Source: Heteronotia binoei (Eukaryota). Taken from it: 64,000 bases of DNA. Below, one piece after another: positions 24,993 through 37,855 of the stretch. The stretch is taken from assembly GCF_032191835.1 (NCBI RefSeq), contig NC_083237.1:12214001-12278000 (forward strand). Reading direction: 5' to 3'. Position 1 is the first letter of the stretch; the number at the start of each line of letters is the position of its first letter. Below the pieces are notes generated by a model. That model was not told the origin of the DNA. It ran no database searches and saw only the letters and a program-made list of their open reading frames with translations. A program made the position numbers and the translations under genes.

Positions 24993-25195
24993 TACATGAG
25001 CTGCCCTCTACTAAATCAGAGTACCTTTCCATCACAGTCAGTACTGTCTACTCAGACGGGCAATGCCTGTTCACGTTCACAGACAGAGGTTTTTCACTTC
25101 ACCTACTGCCTGGTCCTTTTTAACTGGAGATGCTGGGGATTGAACCTGGGACCTTCTGCATGCCAAGAAGATGCTTTTCCACAGAGCTATGGAAC
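24993..25195 (-). mobile_element. Second tRNA-derived SINE family (also 35336-35548 + and 41407-41600 -)
   Basis: tRNA-like head (GGTCCCAGGTTCAATCCC B box) and a shared body ending GGCAGCTYCATGT. Confidence 0.75.
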
Positions 25196-25391
25196 CTCCA
25201 AAAGAAGAAAGTGTCCCTTTGAATACCCAAAATGAGCCTGCCTCAGTGGGGAGGGAGGGATATAAATCAAATAAATAATAATAATAATAATATGCTCAGG
25301 ATCATGGAACCTGCATGAACTACAGCCCTGTGGGATGGGAGCTATAGAAAGGAGAGGTTGTGGGCTAAATGAAGGGAAAAGTTTAAAAATT

Positions 25392-25937
25392 CAGGGGTGT
25401 CAAACTCATTTGTTATATGGGTCAGATCTGACATAAATGAGACCTTGCCAGGCCGGGCCATGTGGGTCATGAAATGTAATGCCAGGTAGCAGAGATATAA
25501 ACTTTATAAAGGACAGAGACAAACACAAAGATTTTTTAAAAAACGTAGAATAAAACATGCTTGGTCGTAAAGGTGTTTTCTTTGTATCTCTCCCAATGGA
25601 TCCAGGGACCTGGGCAAAGGAAGCACTGGCTCTTTCCTTCCTTCCCCGGGGGACGGGGGTGGGAGGAGCCACAGCCAACAGAAAGAAGAGAGGCTTGGCT
25701 CAGTAGCTCTGCTCTGCGGTTGAGAGAGCCTGGCAAAGCAAGCTCTCCCTCCCTGTCTTCCTCCCCAAGGAAGGAGGCTCAGCCAATGGAGAAAATAGAG
25801 GGTTTGCTCTGTAGCTCCTGTGCTAGTGAGCAAGCCTGGTAAGGCAAGCTGTGATGCAAAAGGAAGCAAGAGAGAGGAAGAAGGCCAGTTGCTCAGGAGC
25901 CTGATTTGGCTCCTGGGCCGCATGTTTGACACCCCCG
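25392..25937. mobile_element. hAT (Charlie-like) MITE
   Basis: TIRs CAGGGGTGTCAAAC / GTTTGACACCCCCG. Its interior is homologous, in reverse, to 50987-51685. Confidence 0.8.
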
Positions 25938-26462
25938 GCTTACATGGATTCAAGCCGGTGTTTTAATTCTAGTTTGTGTGGCTGGACCTCCCACTGTAGA
26001 AGTAAAGCTCAAGGGTAATTCAACATACGACTGCTTCAGGAAACTCCAACTAGAGATTATTCAGTGTTTGAATGACCCACTTGAATATGTATTTCTCTTT
26101 AACAGAATACAAATCTCTTGTGAAATAGATGTTCAATGATGCTTAAAGATGCATATGTGATATTTTTACATGTTATATATATTATGAGTAATACCTATGC
26201 ATCCCGCAGCAATTGTGATGGCCCTGAGTTTGTTGGGAGATCCCATGTAACCTTCTCAAGGATTTTTTAAATGTGTTAGCTGATGAATGCCTTTTTTGCA
26301 TTTGGTATATTAAGGAGATAGATTGTCATCTTTATTCCCATGAAATTTGTAATTTCTCAATTTCTCTCTAAGATTTCCAATATTTCATATCTGTTAACTC
26401 CTGATGCTACACCTCTAGTTCCTTCTCCAAGTCTACTTTCTGGTCATAGAAATTCTTCTCAG

Positions 26463-26634
26463 CAGGGGTGGAATTCCAGCATGAGCTCCTTTGCATATTA
26501 GGCCACACACCCTTGATGTAGCCAATCCTTCAAGAGCTTATAAGGCTTTTTTTTTGTAAGCTCTTGGAGAATTGGCTACATCAGGGGTGTGTGGCCTAAT
26601 ATGCAAAGGAGCTCCTGCTAGAATTCCACCCCTG
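26463..26634. mobile_element. Palindromic hAT MITE
   Basis: The whole element is a near-perfect hairpin. TIR CAGGGGTGGAATTC, perfect TSD CTTCTCAG. Confidence 0.92.
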
Positions 26635-26757
26635 CTTCTCAGACATACTGTTATATAGTGCCTCTTTCATGTGTTCCATTTCTGAATTTAACATATCTGA
26701 GAAATCTCTGTCAATAGAACATTCAGTAACAACTGCAAACTGTCTACATTTCTACAT

Positions 26758-27035
26758 GAGAGCCAGTTTGGTGTAGTGGTTAAGTGCACGGATTCTTAAC
26801 TGGGAGAACCAGGTTTGATTTCCCACTCCTCCACTTGCACCTGCTGGAATGGCCTTGGGTCAGCCATAGCTCTGGCAGAGGTTGTCCTGGAAAGGGCAGC
26901 TGCTGTGAGAGCTCTCTCAGCCTCACCCACCTCACAGGGTGTCTGTTGTGGAGGGAGAAGATATAGGAGATTGTAAGCCACTCTGAGTCTCTGATTCAGA
27001 GAGAAGGGCGGGGTATAAATCTGCAATTCTTCTTC
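26758..27035 (+). mobile_element. Squam3-like SINE
   Basis: Full-length copy. Confidence 0.88.
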
Positions 27036-27312
27036 GTATATGCGGATTCTTTGAAGATAAATAAACCCCTTAGTGAGCATCTATTGTCTAAAATAGTTCT
27101 CTAATGTCTATGTTTATATAGTTGGTCACAAACTTTCCATAAACTAATTCCTACATCATACCCATGAATAACCTGAGACACTTAGGTGAGAAGGGCGGGG
27201 TATAAATCTTAATATAAATAAATAAATAACGGACTGATATTTACCACATTTAATCTTTCCATACCCTCATGGATGCCTCAGTAAATTTCTTGCCTGCCAT
27301 AAGCATATCTTA

Positions 27313-27800
27313 TGAGAGCCAGTTTGGTGTAGTAGTTAAGTATGCAGACTCTTATCTCGGAGACCCAGGTTTAACTCCCCACTCTTCCACTTGCAGCTGC
27401 TGGAATGGCCTTGGGTCAGCCATAGCTCTCACAGGAGTTGTCTTCTCTTATGTTCTTATTTCTTCTCTTATGTTCTTATTTCACTACCACAGGAGGTGGT
27501 GGTGGCTACAAGCATAGCCAGCTTCAAGAGGGGGTTAGATAAAAATATGGAGCAGAGGTCCATCAGTGGCTATTAGCCACAGTGTGTGTGTGTGTTGGAC
27601 TGGATGGGCCATTGGCCTGATCCAACATGGCTTCTCTTATATTCTTGAAAGGGCAGCTACTGTAAGCACCTTCTCAATCCCACCCACCTCACAGAGTTTC
27701 TGTTGTGCGGGGAGAAGGCATAGGAGATTGTAAGGCGCTCTGAGTCTCTGATTCAGAGAGAAGGGTGGGGTATAAATCTGCACTCTTCTGCTTCTGCTTC
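27313..27800 (+). mobile_element. Squam3-like SINE split by a CR1 3' fragment (27444-27640)
   Basis: The SINE halves join at GTTGTC/CTTGAAAGGG. The insert carries the CR1 ORF2 end and 3' UTR. Confidence 0.85.
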
Positions 27801-28323
27801 TTCTAATCTTTTGTTGTTAAAAGAGTACCATTAAAGAGTACCATGATCACCATTTACATTTACATTTATGTTAAATTATATCATAGTGATACAGCACCAA
27901 AAATGCAATGGAATGTTTTAATGTTTAAGTGTTTTAAATAATTTTAAATTGTAGTTTTATTGGTTAAATTGTAAAAATGTATGTTGTTAGCCGCCCTGAG
28001 TCCGCTTGCAGAGAGGGCGGGATAAAAATTTAAAGTAATAAATAAATAATAAATAAATTAAATTGTTGTTCAGCCATCTCATTAATATCCTAGTATATCT
28101 CAAGATCAAAACTTGCCACATTCTGGCAAGTGTTCACAGTCTCATAATGGTTCTATGAATCATCCCAGGGCCAACCAACTCTCATGCTGAAATTAAGGGG
28201 ATCATAAGTCCTAAAATGAGAGCCGGAGGGTTCTTATAGGCCATCTAACCCAGCCCCCAAGTCAATGCAAGGATCCCCAAGCTTGAACGTTCCATAGATG
28301 GTGGTCCAGCATCCTCTTGAAGA

Positions 28324-28650
28324 CTTTTCTCCCTTTCTCACAATACAAGAACTCGTGGGCATTCGATGAAATTGCTGAGCAGACAGGTTAAAACGGATAA
28401 AAGGAAGTACTTCTTCACCCAAAGGGTGATTAACATGTGGAATTCACTGCCACAGGAGGTGGTGGCGGCCACAAGTATAGCCACCTTCAAGAGGGGTTTA
28501 GATAAAAATATGGAGCAGAGGTCCATCAGTGGCTATTAGCCACAGTGTATGTGTGTATGTAACATTTTTTGCCACTGTGTGACACTGAGTGTTGGACTTG
28601 ATGGGCCGTTGGCCTGATCCAACATGGCTTCTCTTATGTTCTTATGTTCT
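28324..28650 (+). mobile_element. CR1 LINE 3' fragment
   Basis: Encodes KYFFTQRVINMWNSLPQEVV and ends in the (TTCTTATG)n tail. Confidence 0.9.
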
Positions 28651-29314
28651 CCAGAAAGCCCACCCAGCCCTAGGTAACTTGTACCATTATTGAACTGCTC
28701 TTGCCCCGCAGAAGTTACTCCTAATGTTCAATCGACATGTACTGTCCTGTAATTTACACCCTGGTCTAATCATGCTCCATGAAAGTGTTTCACTTTCTCA
28801 TAGCTCCATTCCAAGATTTGCACCTTGTTGTATGTGCTTCAATGATAATTAAAACACTTGGAATCAGAGTGGTATATTTTTGATCCTGGGTGGCCTCTCC
28901 CGTAGCCAACAGGGATGGAAAAGAAATGGTAAAGTACTAAGAGATGAACCATGAATTGATTTACTGCCCCACCGCAAATGTTCTTTCGAAGCATCTAGAC
29001 TGTAAGTCAGAGAGATTATGATGATGCTGATCTTCATTTATAGCTTGCCTTTCTCACTGAGAATTCAGGATGATGAGAAAAGTGGTCCAAACCATTCAAA
29101 TTGGGTAGCAAAGGAACTTAATGAACAGTGCATTGGGAGTAGGACTGAAGAACTGGAACGGTGCAAACAAATGAGAAAAAAGGAAAATGTCTAAAGAAAC
29201 AAGAAAGTTAATGCAGGCAAAACAAACTTTCTGACCACAATGTGACTCCATCTTCACTTCAGTTTTCCAATGTGTGATCCAATGGGAGGGACAGTGTTGT
29301 GCCACCCAAAGTGG

Positions 29315-29775
29315 ATGCATGGGATAGAGAAGGTAGAGAAAGAAGTACTTTTCTCCCTTTGTCACGATACGAGAACTCATGGACATTCGTTGAAATTGCT
29401 GAGCAGCCGAGTTAGAACTGATAAAAGGAAGTACTTCTTCACCCAAAGGGTGATTCACACATGGAATTCACTGCCACAGGAGGTGGTGGTGGCTGCAAAC
29501 ATAGACAGTTTAAAGAGGGGATTGGATAAACATATGGAGCAGAGGTCCATCAGTGGCTATTAGCCACAGCATATTGTTGGAACTCTCTGTACGGGGCAGT
29601 GAAGCTCTGTATTCTTGGTGCTTTGGGGGGGCACAGTGGGAGAGCTTCTAGTGTCCTGGCCCTACTGATGGACCTCTTGATGGCACTTGGTTTCTTTGGC
29701 CACTGTGAGACATGGAGTGTTAGACTGGATGGGCCATTTAGCCTGATCCAGCATGGCTTCTCTTATGTTCTTATG
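29315..29775 (+). mobile_element. CR1 LINE 3' fragment (long-3'UTR subfamily)
   Basis: ORF2 C-terminus plus TTCTTATG tail, inserted inside the conserved upstream block. Confidence 0.9.
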
Positions 29776-30499
29776 TGAGTTGTCAAGCACTTGGAAAACC
29801 CTCCATTACAGCTCGGGAGGACATGCTTGTGTTCTGCCGAAAAAGAAACAATCTTTTTAATGAGGCCTTCTGGAGCTTGTTATTAATTCAAGAACAAAAG
29901 AAGTCTCGTGAGGAAAGGTCCTCATAAATGCAGAAATAGGGAATAAGTGGAGAACTAAGGGGTCAGGAAATGAGTATTCAGGTGGGGCACAAAAGAATAT
30001 AAGGATGAATGTAGAGAATAGTAATCAGAAGCTGAGATGTTGTTTCCTTAGAAAAAACTGTTACTTCTATCAGAGGACTGTTTCTTTTGAGATCTGCCAG
30101 CTATTTCAGAAGAATAAAGCACCCCACAGTTGCCTTTAAGAAGAGGTTCCTGTGGAACACCCAATGTAGTTCATGATTGTGTGGGTCATCAAGACATTTC
30201 TTGCACCAGAGAATGTTGATCAGGGAGTTTGGAAAACAAGACAGAGAGCAAAGGAATTAAGGATACATACGGTACTTGGTAAAATATCTAGATTCATGCA
30301 TATTATTGTCCTCCCTCTCTCTCCCCAAAAAAATCCTCCACTGCTGGTACTTCTTTCAGCTTCACTGGAACACAGCAATCTAACTTTTACATGTACCAAA
30401 TGAGGAATGTGTTGATCAGGCATAGACTGGATACTCCATAACCAATAAGGGACATAAAAATAAAACAACTTCAGTTTCTCTCAACAGCTACTGTGAAGG

Positions 30500-31917
30500 G
30501 TTCCTCATCAAAGGCTCCTTAGAAAGCTCGAAAGTCATGGAGCGTTTTCGCACTGACCTTAATCGGGAGCGACGTCCCTCTTCACCGCGCAGCGTCTGCG
30601 CGGATTTCGCACTAATTGCTCCTCAGAACCCGGAAGACCCGCAAAGTCCCGCGGCTTTTGCGTCGCAAATGTAAACTGGCCAAAAACCAGTTTCGCAATT
30701 AGTGCGAAATCTGCACAGACGCTGCGCAGTGAAGAGGGACGTCACTCCCGATTAAGGTCAGTGCGAAAACGCTCATGGTGTAAAAGGACAGGTCCTCTTG
30801 TGGATCAAAAACTGGCTAATTAATAGGAAGCAAAGAGTGAGTATAAATGGGCAGTCTTCGCAGTGGAGGACGGTAAGCAGTGGAGTGCCACAGGGCTCAG
30901 TACTGGGTCCCATGCTCTTTATCTTGTTCATAAATGATTTGGAGTTGGGAATGAGCAGTGAAGTGGCCAAGTTTGCGGATGACACTAAATTATTCAGGGT
31001 GGTGAGAACCAGAGAGGATTGTGAGGCACTCCAAAGGGATCTGTTGAGGCTGGGTGAGTGGGCATCAACGTGGCAGATGAGGTTCAGTGTGGCCAAGTGC
31101 AAAGTAATGCACATTGGGGCCAAAAATCCCAGCTGCAAATAAAAGTTGATGGTTTGTGAACTGGCAGAGACTGACCAAGAGAGAGATCTTGGGGTCGTGG
31201 TAGATAACTCACTGAAAATGTCAAGACAGTGTGCAATTGCAATAAAAAAGGCCAACACCATGCTGGGAATTATTAGGAAGGGAATTGAAAACAAATCAGC
31301 CAGTATCATAATGCCCCTGTATAAATCGATGGTGCGGTCTCATTTGGAATACTGTGTGCAATTCTGGTCACCGCACCTCAAAAAGAATATTATAGCATTG
31401 GAAAAAGTCCAGAAAAGGGCAACTAGAATGATTAAAGGGTTGGAACACTTTCCCTATGAAGAAAGGTTAAAACGCTTGGGGCTCTTTAGCTTGGAGAAAC
31501 GTCGACTGCGGGGTGACATGATAGAGGTTTACATGATTATGCATGGGATGGAGAAAGTAGAGAAGGAAGTACTTTTCTCCCTTTCTCACAATACAAGAAC
31601 TTGTGGGCATTCAATGAAATTGCTGAGCAGTCAGGTTAAAATGGATAAAAGGAAGTCCTTCTTCACCCAAAGGGTGATTAACATGTGGAATTCACTGCCA
31701 CAGGAGGTGGTGGCGGCTACAAGCATAGACAGCTTAAAGAGGGGGTTAGATAAAAATATGGAGCAGAGGTCCATCAGTGGCTATTAGCCACAGTGTGTAT
31801 ATATATATACGTGTGTGTGTGTGTGTGTGTACATATATATGTATAGTTATTAAATTTTTTTGGCCACTGTGTGATGGGCCATTGGCTTGATCCAACATGG
31901 CTTCTCTTATGTTATGT
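30500..31917 (+). mobile_element. 5'-truncated CR1 LINE (RT C-terminal half)
   Basis: Encodes VPHQRLLRKLESHG...SGVPQGSVLGP...KFADDTKL...RSHLEYCVQFWSP, with an internal stop near 31140 and a microsatellite-bearing 3' UTR. Confidence 0.93.
30540..30774. mobile_element. PIF/Harbinger-like hairpin MITE inserted in CR1
   Basis: Long TIRs GAGCGTTTTCGCACTGACC... and 3-bp TSD ATG. Removing it restores the CR1 codons AGT CAT GGT. Confidence 0.85.
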
Positions 31918-31939
31918 TAAGGGGAAAATGTACAAAATG

Positions 31940-32120
31940 CAGGGCTTTTTTGTAGCAGGAACTCCTTTGCATATTAGGCCACACACCCCTGATGTAGCCA
32001 ATCCTCCTGGCGCTTACAGGAGGCCCTGTACTAAGAGCCCTGTAAGCTCTTGGAGGATTGGCTACATCAGGGGTGTGTGGCCTAATATGCAAAAGAGTTC
32101 CTGCTACAAAAAAAGCCCTG
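31940..32120. mobile_element. Palindromic hAT-type MITE (CAGGGCTTTTTT subfamily)
   Basis: Near-perfect hairpin. Partial copies near 37490, 46565, 57355, 59085, 61290 and 63240. Confidence 0.85.
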
Positions 32121-33021
32121 GGCAAAAGTATGCAATTGTGCATGCTGGGGTAATTTATCAGCTGGTGTTATATCCAGGCCTGTAGCTGTGAGTTTCTTAT
32201 CGGTTCATACCCTCATTTTGAAATAAGCAAGTTTGTGCCAATTTTGCAACTGAAGACAGGGTAAAAATTGTTTGGGAGGCTGATATGGATATAGGTACTT
32301 ACGTATTTTTGAAATACTAATTGGTATTTTGTTTAAAATTTTGCTTCTAATTCTACCCAAGTTCTACCAGATGGAAGAGCGGATCATAACGTTGCTTGAG
32401 CAGGAAGTCAAGAATCCGGGTGTTCTTGTTATTGGCAATCTGGTAACTTTGCAGTGGGAAATATTTATATTTTATTGATTTGAAATGTTTGAAATATGAA
32501 GTTAAGGAACCTTGGGTTTTGCCTCCCCAAAACCGCTGGAGGATAGTGATATTCTGAGATGGTGAAAGGATGGAATCAAGATTTCATACTGGACAACAAG
32601 TGTGCTGAAATAGTTGAGAGTGTCGTGCTAAAATGAACAATATCCAACATTCCAATTTGATGTAACCCATAAAGTTCACTGGGTAACCTTGAATGATTTC
32701 CTCTTCCTCACCAAAAAATTTCATTGGATGGCTGTGAGACAAAAATGGAAGAACAGAAAAACATATTCTGACATTTTAAAAAAGATGATTAGAGCAACAT
32801 GCTATTTTAGGGTAAATTGGGGAAGTTTATAGAACACAGGGTTTTTAAAATTACAGTATATTTGCTTTGGAAATGTATGAATGTGAAAAATGTCTTGTTT
32901 GTTCTTAATATAATTTCTAGACTATCAAGAATCTAATAACTGCTTCAAAACAGTAATTATTAACAGTGACCTTTTCTTCTTTCTAGTAATCATGGATTAG
33001 CTACATACATTTTGTTCTGCA

Positions 33022-33972
33022 ATGGTCGATGCTGCCAAAAAGGAGTGTGAAAATGCAACAACAGTGTTTGAGAACTTTGAACTTTTGGGATTCCCCTACC
33101 CTGAAGACCTGAAATTCCTGTTTGTCTTCTTCTTCCTCCTCATGTATATACTGTCCCTTTCGGGCAATAGCTTGATCCTCTTAGTGGTGGCTCAGGAACC
33201 TCAGTTGCACAAGCCAATGTACTGGTTCCTCTGTCACTTGTCCATGATGGACATGATGGTTTCCTCTGTGACGTTGCCCAAACTGATCACATGGCTGGTA
33301 ATGGACAATGGGGTCATCTCCTTTGCAGGCTGCGTCACCCAGCTTTTCTTCTTCCACTTCCTGGGCTGCACGGAATGCTTCCTGTACACCGTGATGGCCC
33401 TTGACCGCTTCATAGCCATCTGTAAACCCCTGCACTATGGCACTATCATGACCTACCAAGTTTCCTTCTGCCTTGCAGTTGGTTCCTGGTTTGGAGGTTC
33501 CATCCACGGTGCGATACATTCCTCCCTTACCTCCCACTTGCCATATGGATGGAGAAACCAGGTGAACTATGTATTATGTGACATCCCTGCTTTGCTGAAG
33601 TTGGCCTGTGCAGACACATCCCTCAACGAGATGGTGACCTTGATTGACATTGGGTTTGTAGCTATGGCCTGTTTCCTCTTGATTGTGACATCCTATATAT
33701 ATATTGTCTCTGCCATCCTGAGGATTCCCACTTCTAAAGGGAGACGGCGTGCCTTCTCCACTTGCACTGCCCACATCACCTTGGTGGTAATATATTATGT
33801 TCCTGTGGTATACAACTATGTGCGTCCACCATCTCAGGACTCCTTTGATGGAGTGGTGGTCATGTTCTATGCTGCAGCGACTCCCTTCTTAAATCCCCTC
33901 ATATACACACTGAGGAATAAGGAGATGAAAGATGGCGTACATAAATTATGCAGGCGGAAACCTTGGTGTTAA
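33022..33972 (+). CDS. Olfactory receptor, class II, OR10G/10D-like, open ORF (316 aa) with a shifted start
   Basis: Intact 7TM motifs. The ancestral ATG position is AAG (33040-33042) and an in-frame ATG lies 6 codons upstream. Confidence 0.88.
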   Translation: MVDAAKKECENATTVFENFELLGFPYPEDLKFLFVFFFLLMYILSLSGNSLILLVVAQEPQLHKPMYWFLCHLSMMDMMVSSVTLPKLITWLVMDNGVISFAGCVTQLFFFHFLGCTECFLYTVMALDRFIAICKPLHYGTIMTYQVSFCLAVGSWFGGSIHGAIHSSLTSHLPYGWRNQVNYVLCDIPALLKLACADTSLNEMVTLIDIGFVAMACFLLIVTSYIYIVSAILRIPTSKGRRRAFSTCTAHITLVVIYYVPVVYNYVRPPSQDSFDGVVVMFYAAATPFLNPLIYTLRNKEMKDGVHKLCRRKPWC

Positions 33973-34725
33973 TGGAGATTCATTTGTCAAATGTAATTTT
34001 TGTGGGACAGCAAAGAAGAAAACAGAGGGCTTTTTTAGTTAATTCCCGGTGCAAACCTGCAACATTTACTGAGTAGCTGGTGTTAACAGTCAGTGCCGGA
34101 ATATACGGAAAGCTGCAAATTTGTTCAATGTCCACACAGTCGATAATCTAAATCTGTGTCTAAATATTGTGCTATTCTTGTCATAACAGCAATCATTTAC
34201 AATGATATTATCATGTGTAATCCAGTTCAGAATAATTGCAGTCATGCATTCACAGCACAATATCCACTTATATTTGGATGTTGTCACTCTGTAGCAGGCA
34301 CACAATATACTGTATATTCTATTCTATTACACCAGTTATCACCTGTTGTCAATGAGGTACAAAATATAAACTGTCATTACAAGATCTTGCTTTGAAGTAT
34401 CACTTATTTATTCTTCAATTTCTTCATATTTATTACTCTAAAGTCCAATAAAAGTGTTTTCTTTATGGTGCCATCTCTGCTTATCCGTGGCTATACCCTA
34501 AACGCCGACAATAATTGCTGGCAGCAACCCTACAAATCATGATTACTGCACAAAACTTCATTTAGCAAGCACACTATGTGCAAACATCACATACAAGCAT
34601 ATACTGTTTTTAAAAATAAAATACCGGAGAAAGACATGTTCAGTGGGTTGGGTCCAATCAGCTTTCCCACTGGTGAAACCTTTGGGCTGGGTTGGAAATT
34701 ATACGACTAACATGGACCAAGGCCA

Positions 34726-35197
34726 AACATAAGAGAAGCCATGTTGGATCAGGCCAATGGCCCATCCAGTCCAACACTCTGTGTCACACAGTGGCCAAAA
34801 AAAACAGGTGCCATCAGGAGGTCCATCAGTGGGACCAGGACACTAGAAGCCCTCTCACTGTGCCCCCCCCCAAGCACCAAGAATACAGAGCATCACTGCC
34901 CCAGACAGAGAGTTCCAACAATACACTGTGGCAAATAGCCACTGATGGACTTCTGCTCCATATGTTTATCCAATCCCCTCTTGAAGCTGTCTATGCTTGC
35001 AGCAGCCAACACTTCCTGTGGCAGTGAATTCCATATGTTCATCACCCTTTGGGTAAAGAAGGACTTCCTTTTATCCGTTCTAACCCAGCTTCTCAGCAAT
35101 TTAATTGAATGTCCACGAGTTCTCAGATTGTGGGAAAGGGAGAAAAATACTTCTTTCCCTAACTTCTCTATCCCATGCATAATCTTGTCAACCTCTA
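34726..35197 (-). mobile_element. CR1 LINE 3' fragment
   Basis: Reverse copy of the subfamily at 29315-29775. Confidence 0.9.
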
Positions 35198-35684
35198 CAC
35201 TAAGGCTGAAGTGTGGACAGAAATGGAGCAAGATCAAGTGAAAAAAGGTGGAAAGGGCCAACCTAGTGATGTTTAAAGAGTCATCTGTGACATTCACGCA
35301 TGTGTTCTGTCTATTGACCCTCGTTGCTTCCCTTGGGGAGACATTACGGCAGAGTGGTACAGCATTTGCTTGGCATGCAGGAGGTCCCAATTTCAATCCC
35401 TGGTATCTCCAATTTATGAGGACCAGGTAGTAGGTGATATGAAAGTCGTCTACCAGAAATCCTGGAGAGCCACTGGCAGTGTGGGTAGACAATACTGATT
35501 TGATGGACTGATAATGTTATTCAGTATAGGACAGGTACATGTGTGTTTATGTGTGCTGCTCACAGCAGTTCGAATATGTGCTCTACATCCAACTGGGAGA
35601 GGAAGTTCTCAGATGATTTTGACTATTTCAGTACCACCTGACACAGCAAGCAGCAGCAACAGCAGGTGTAGTAAGAGAAATAAC

Positions 35685-36141
35685 CAGGCATGATTCAGCA
35701 GGAGCTCACAGGAGCACAGCTCCTGATCCCTTCTGAGAGTTCCCCCTCCTCCTGCCCACCTATCTTGTCCATTGAATAGCATGTGCAGCTGCATAACAAC
35801 TTCTGGATTAGGAGAGCGGGTATCCAGCCAGCCACCAAGAGCTTTGCCATGCCTCCAGCAACCCTCATTAACCCCGGGAGATGCCCGCACCACGCTTTCT
35901 CCACTTCTTATGTGATGTTGGGCGGTGGGTGGCTTGCTGGCCTTTTGACTGGGAGGGGAGGAGTGGCCCAGGAGAGCCGCAGGTGAGCAAGGCCTGCTTG
36001 GGCTGACTGGATCTCTAGCCAGCCCAAGCAGGCCTCACTCGCCTGGGTCTCTCCTTTTTTGCATTGGGTTGCTTTTAGCTGGGGGAGGGGCAGCATATGC
36101 TAATGAGCTTCACCACCTATTTTTCTACAAAACAACCCCTG
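35685..36141. mobile_element. hAT MITE, about 460-bp family (also 44860-45318 and 53475-53946)
   Basis: Shared interior. TSDs of the other copies are TAGGCAAC/CAGGCAAC and TGAGTACA/TGAATACA. Confidence 0.8.
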
Positions 36142-36699
36142 GAAATACCAGTAGTTTAACAGCTTTTCATTGGATGATGCTACTTAGTATCTGCGTAAAC
36201 CCCATGTAGGAAGTGATTTGCTGGGTGCCTATAGGACGAAACTAGATGTTGTCTGTCCTAGTTGGATCCAACCTGTCATTTTGCTGTTGAGGGAAAAAAG
36301 GTGTCTTCCAAGTGCCCAAAAGACTATGCTCAGGATCATGAGACCTGCATGTACAAAACCACTGTGGGATGGAGTGTGTAGTAAAATTTTAATTTGGGCA
36401 AGTTTGAGTAAAAAGCCTATATGGATTCAACCCTGTGTTTTCCTTCCGGTGTGTGTGTGGCTGTAACTCACCACAGCATTGATGCTTAATGCAATTTTCT
36501 CATATCTACATACTAAGATTTGCACCTCGTGGCATGTGCTTCTATGATAACGAAAACATTTGGGGTCAGAAGAGTATATATTTGATAATGTCCTCCTCTG
36601 TAGCTAACAGGGATGGAAAAAGAAATCGACAGTAAATTATTAGGAGATAAGCCATGAACTGTTTTAGTGAAAATGAACTTTGGAAATATCTGTAATGTC

Positions 36700-36945
36700 A
36701 GCTGGGGTGTTGATGACGATGATCAAGAAGGAAGAGGAGGAGGAGAAGGAGAAGAAGGAGATGATGATGATGATGGCGATGATGGTGATGACTTCGGAAA
36801 TAGCTTGGGAGACGATCATGAAGACAATGATGAAGATAGCAAAGATGAAGAAGAAGAAGGTGACAATAGTGGTGGTTGTGGTGGCGGTGATGGCTATGAT
36901 AATTTATAGTCCACCATTTCACTAAGAAGATGATGAAGAAGAAGA
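36700..36945. repeat. Compound GAT/GAA/GGA/GGT trinucleotide low-complexity tract
   Basis: Runs directly into the (GAA)n tail of the adjacent SINE. Confidence 0.85.
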
Positions 36946-37215
36946 AGATATTGGATTTATATCCCGCCCTCCACTCCAAAGAGTCTCAGAGCGGCTCACA
37001 ATCTCCTTTACCTTCCTCCCCCACAACAGACACCCTGTGAGGTGGGTGGGGCTGGAGAGGGCTCTCACAGCAGCTGCCCTTTCAAGGACAACCTCTGCCA
37101 GAGCTATGGCTGACCCAAGGCCATTCTAGCAGGTGCAAGTGGAGGAGTGGGGAATCAAACCCAGTTCTCCCAGATAAGAGTCTGCACACTTAACCACTAC
37201 ACCAAACTGGCTCTC
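36924..37215 (-). mobile_element. Squam3-like SINE
   Basis: Full length, nearly identical to 19515-19800. Confidence 0.88.
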
Positions 37216-37627
37216 CTAAGATTAAGGAGGGATTACAAAACTGATAAACTCCACCAGCAGTGAAACTAGGATCAAAGAATGGGAAAACAAGGGGGGAAAA
37301 GGAAAAAGAAACTCTAAGACAACAAGACAGTCAGTGTAGGCAAAGAACTGTCTGAACCGCTTTGTGTTGCCATCCTCACTTCAGTTTTCCAATGTGTGAT
37401 CTAATGGAAGGGTCAATTTGCCACCCAAGGTGGGATTCACATTCCCTTGGGAAACCCTCCGTTACAGTTTGGAAGGACATTCTTCCAACCCCTGATGTAG
37501 CCAATCCTCCTGGAGCTTACAGGGCTCTTCTTACAGAGCCTACTCTTGGAGGATTGGCTACATCGGAGAGTGTGGTCTAAAATGCAAAGGAGTTCCTGCT
37601 ACAGAAAAATCCCTACAAAAAGAAACA

Positions 37628-37855
37628 GACGGATTTCACACTAGAGCTTGTCCCGGGTGGAGAGCCCTTTTCCCCCAGTGCTTCTCTTCATTTTCGCACA
37701 AGCTGCTGCGGAGCTAGGAGCTGGGGCACCGCTTCCCTACAGCAAGCAGAAACTACTTGTAAGAGGATCTCCACAGTAGCTTGTGCGAAAACTGAAAGAA
37801 GCACCAGGAGCAAAAGGGCTCTTCACCCAGAAGAAGCCTGGTGAGAAATCAGTTA
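37628..37855. mobile_element. Degraded hairpin MITE (Harbinger-like)
   Basis: Imperfect long inverted arms (GATTTCACACTAG... / ...CTGGTGAGAAATC). Confidence 0.6.

Noticed and set aside
36667-36979. Acidic and His-rich ORFs
   Set aside because: They are translations of a trinucleotide low-complexity tract next to a SINE tail.
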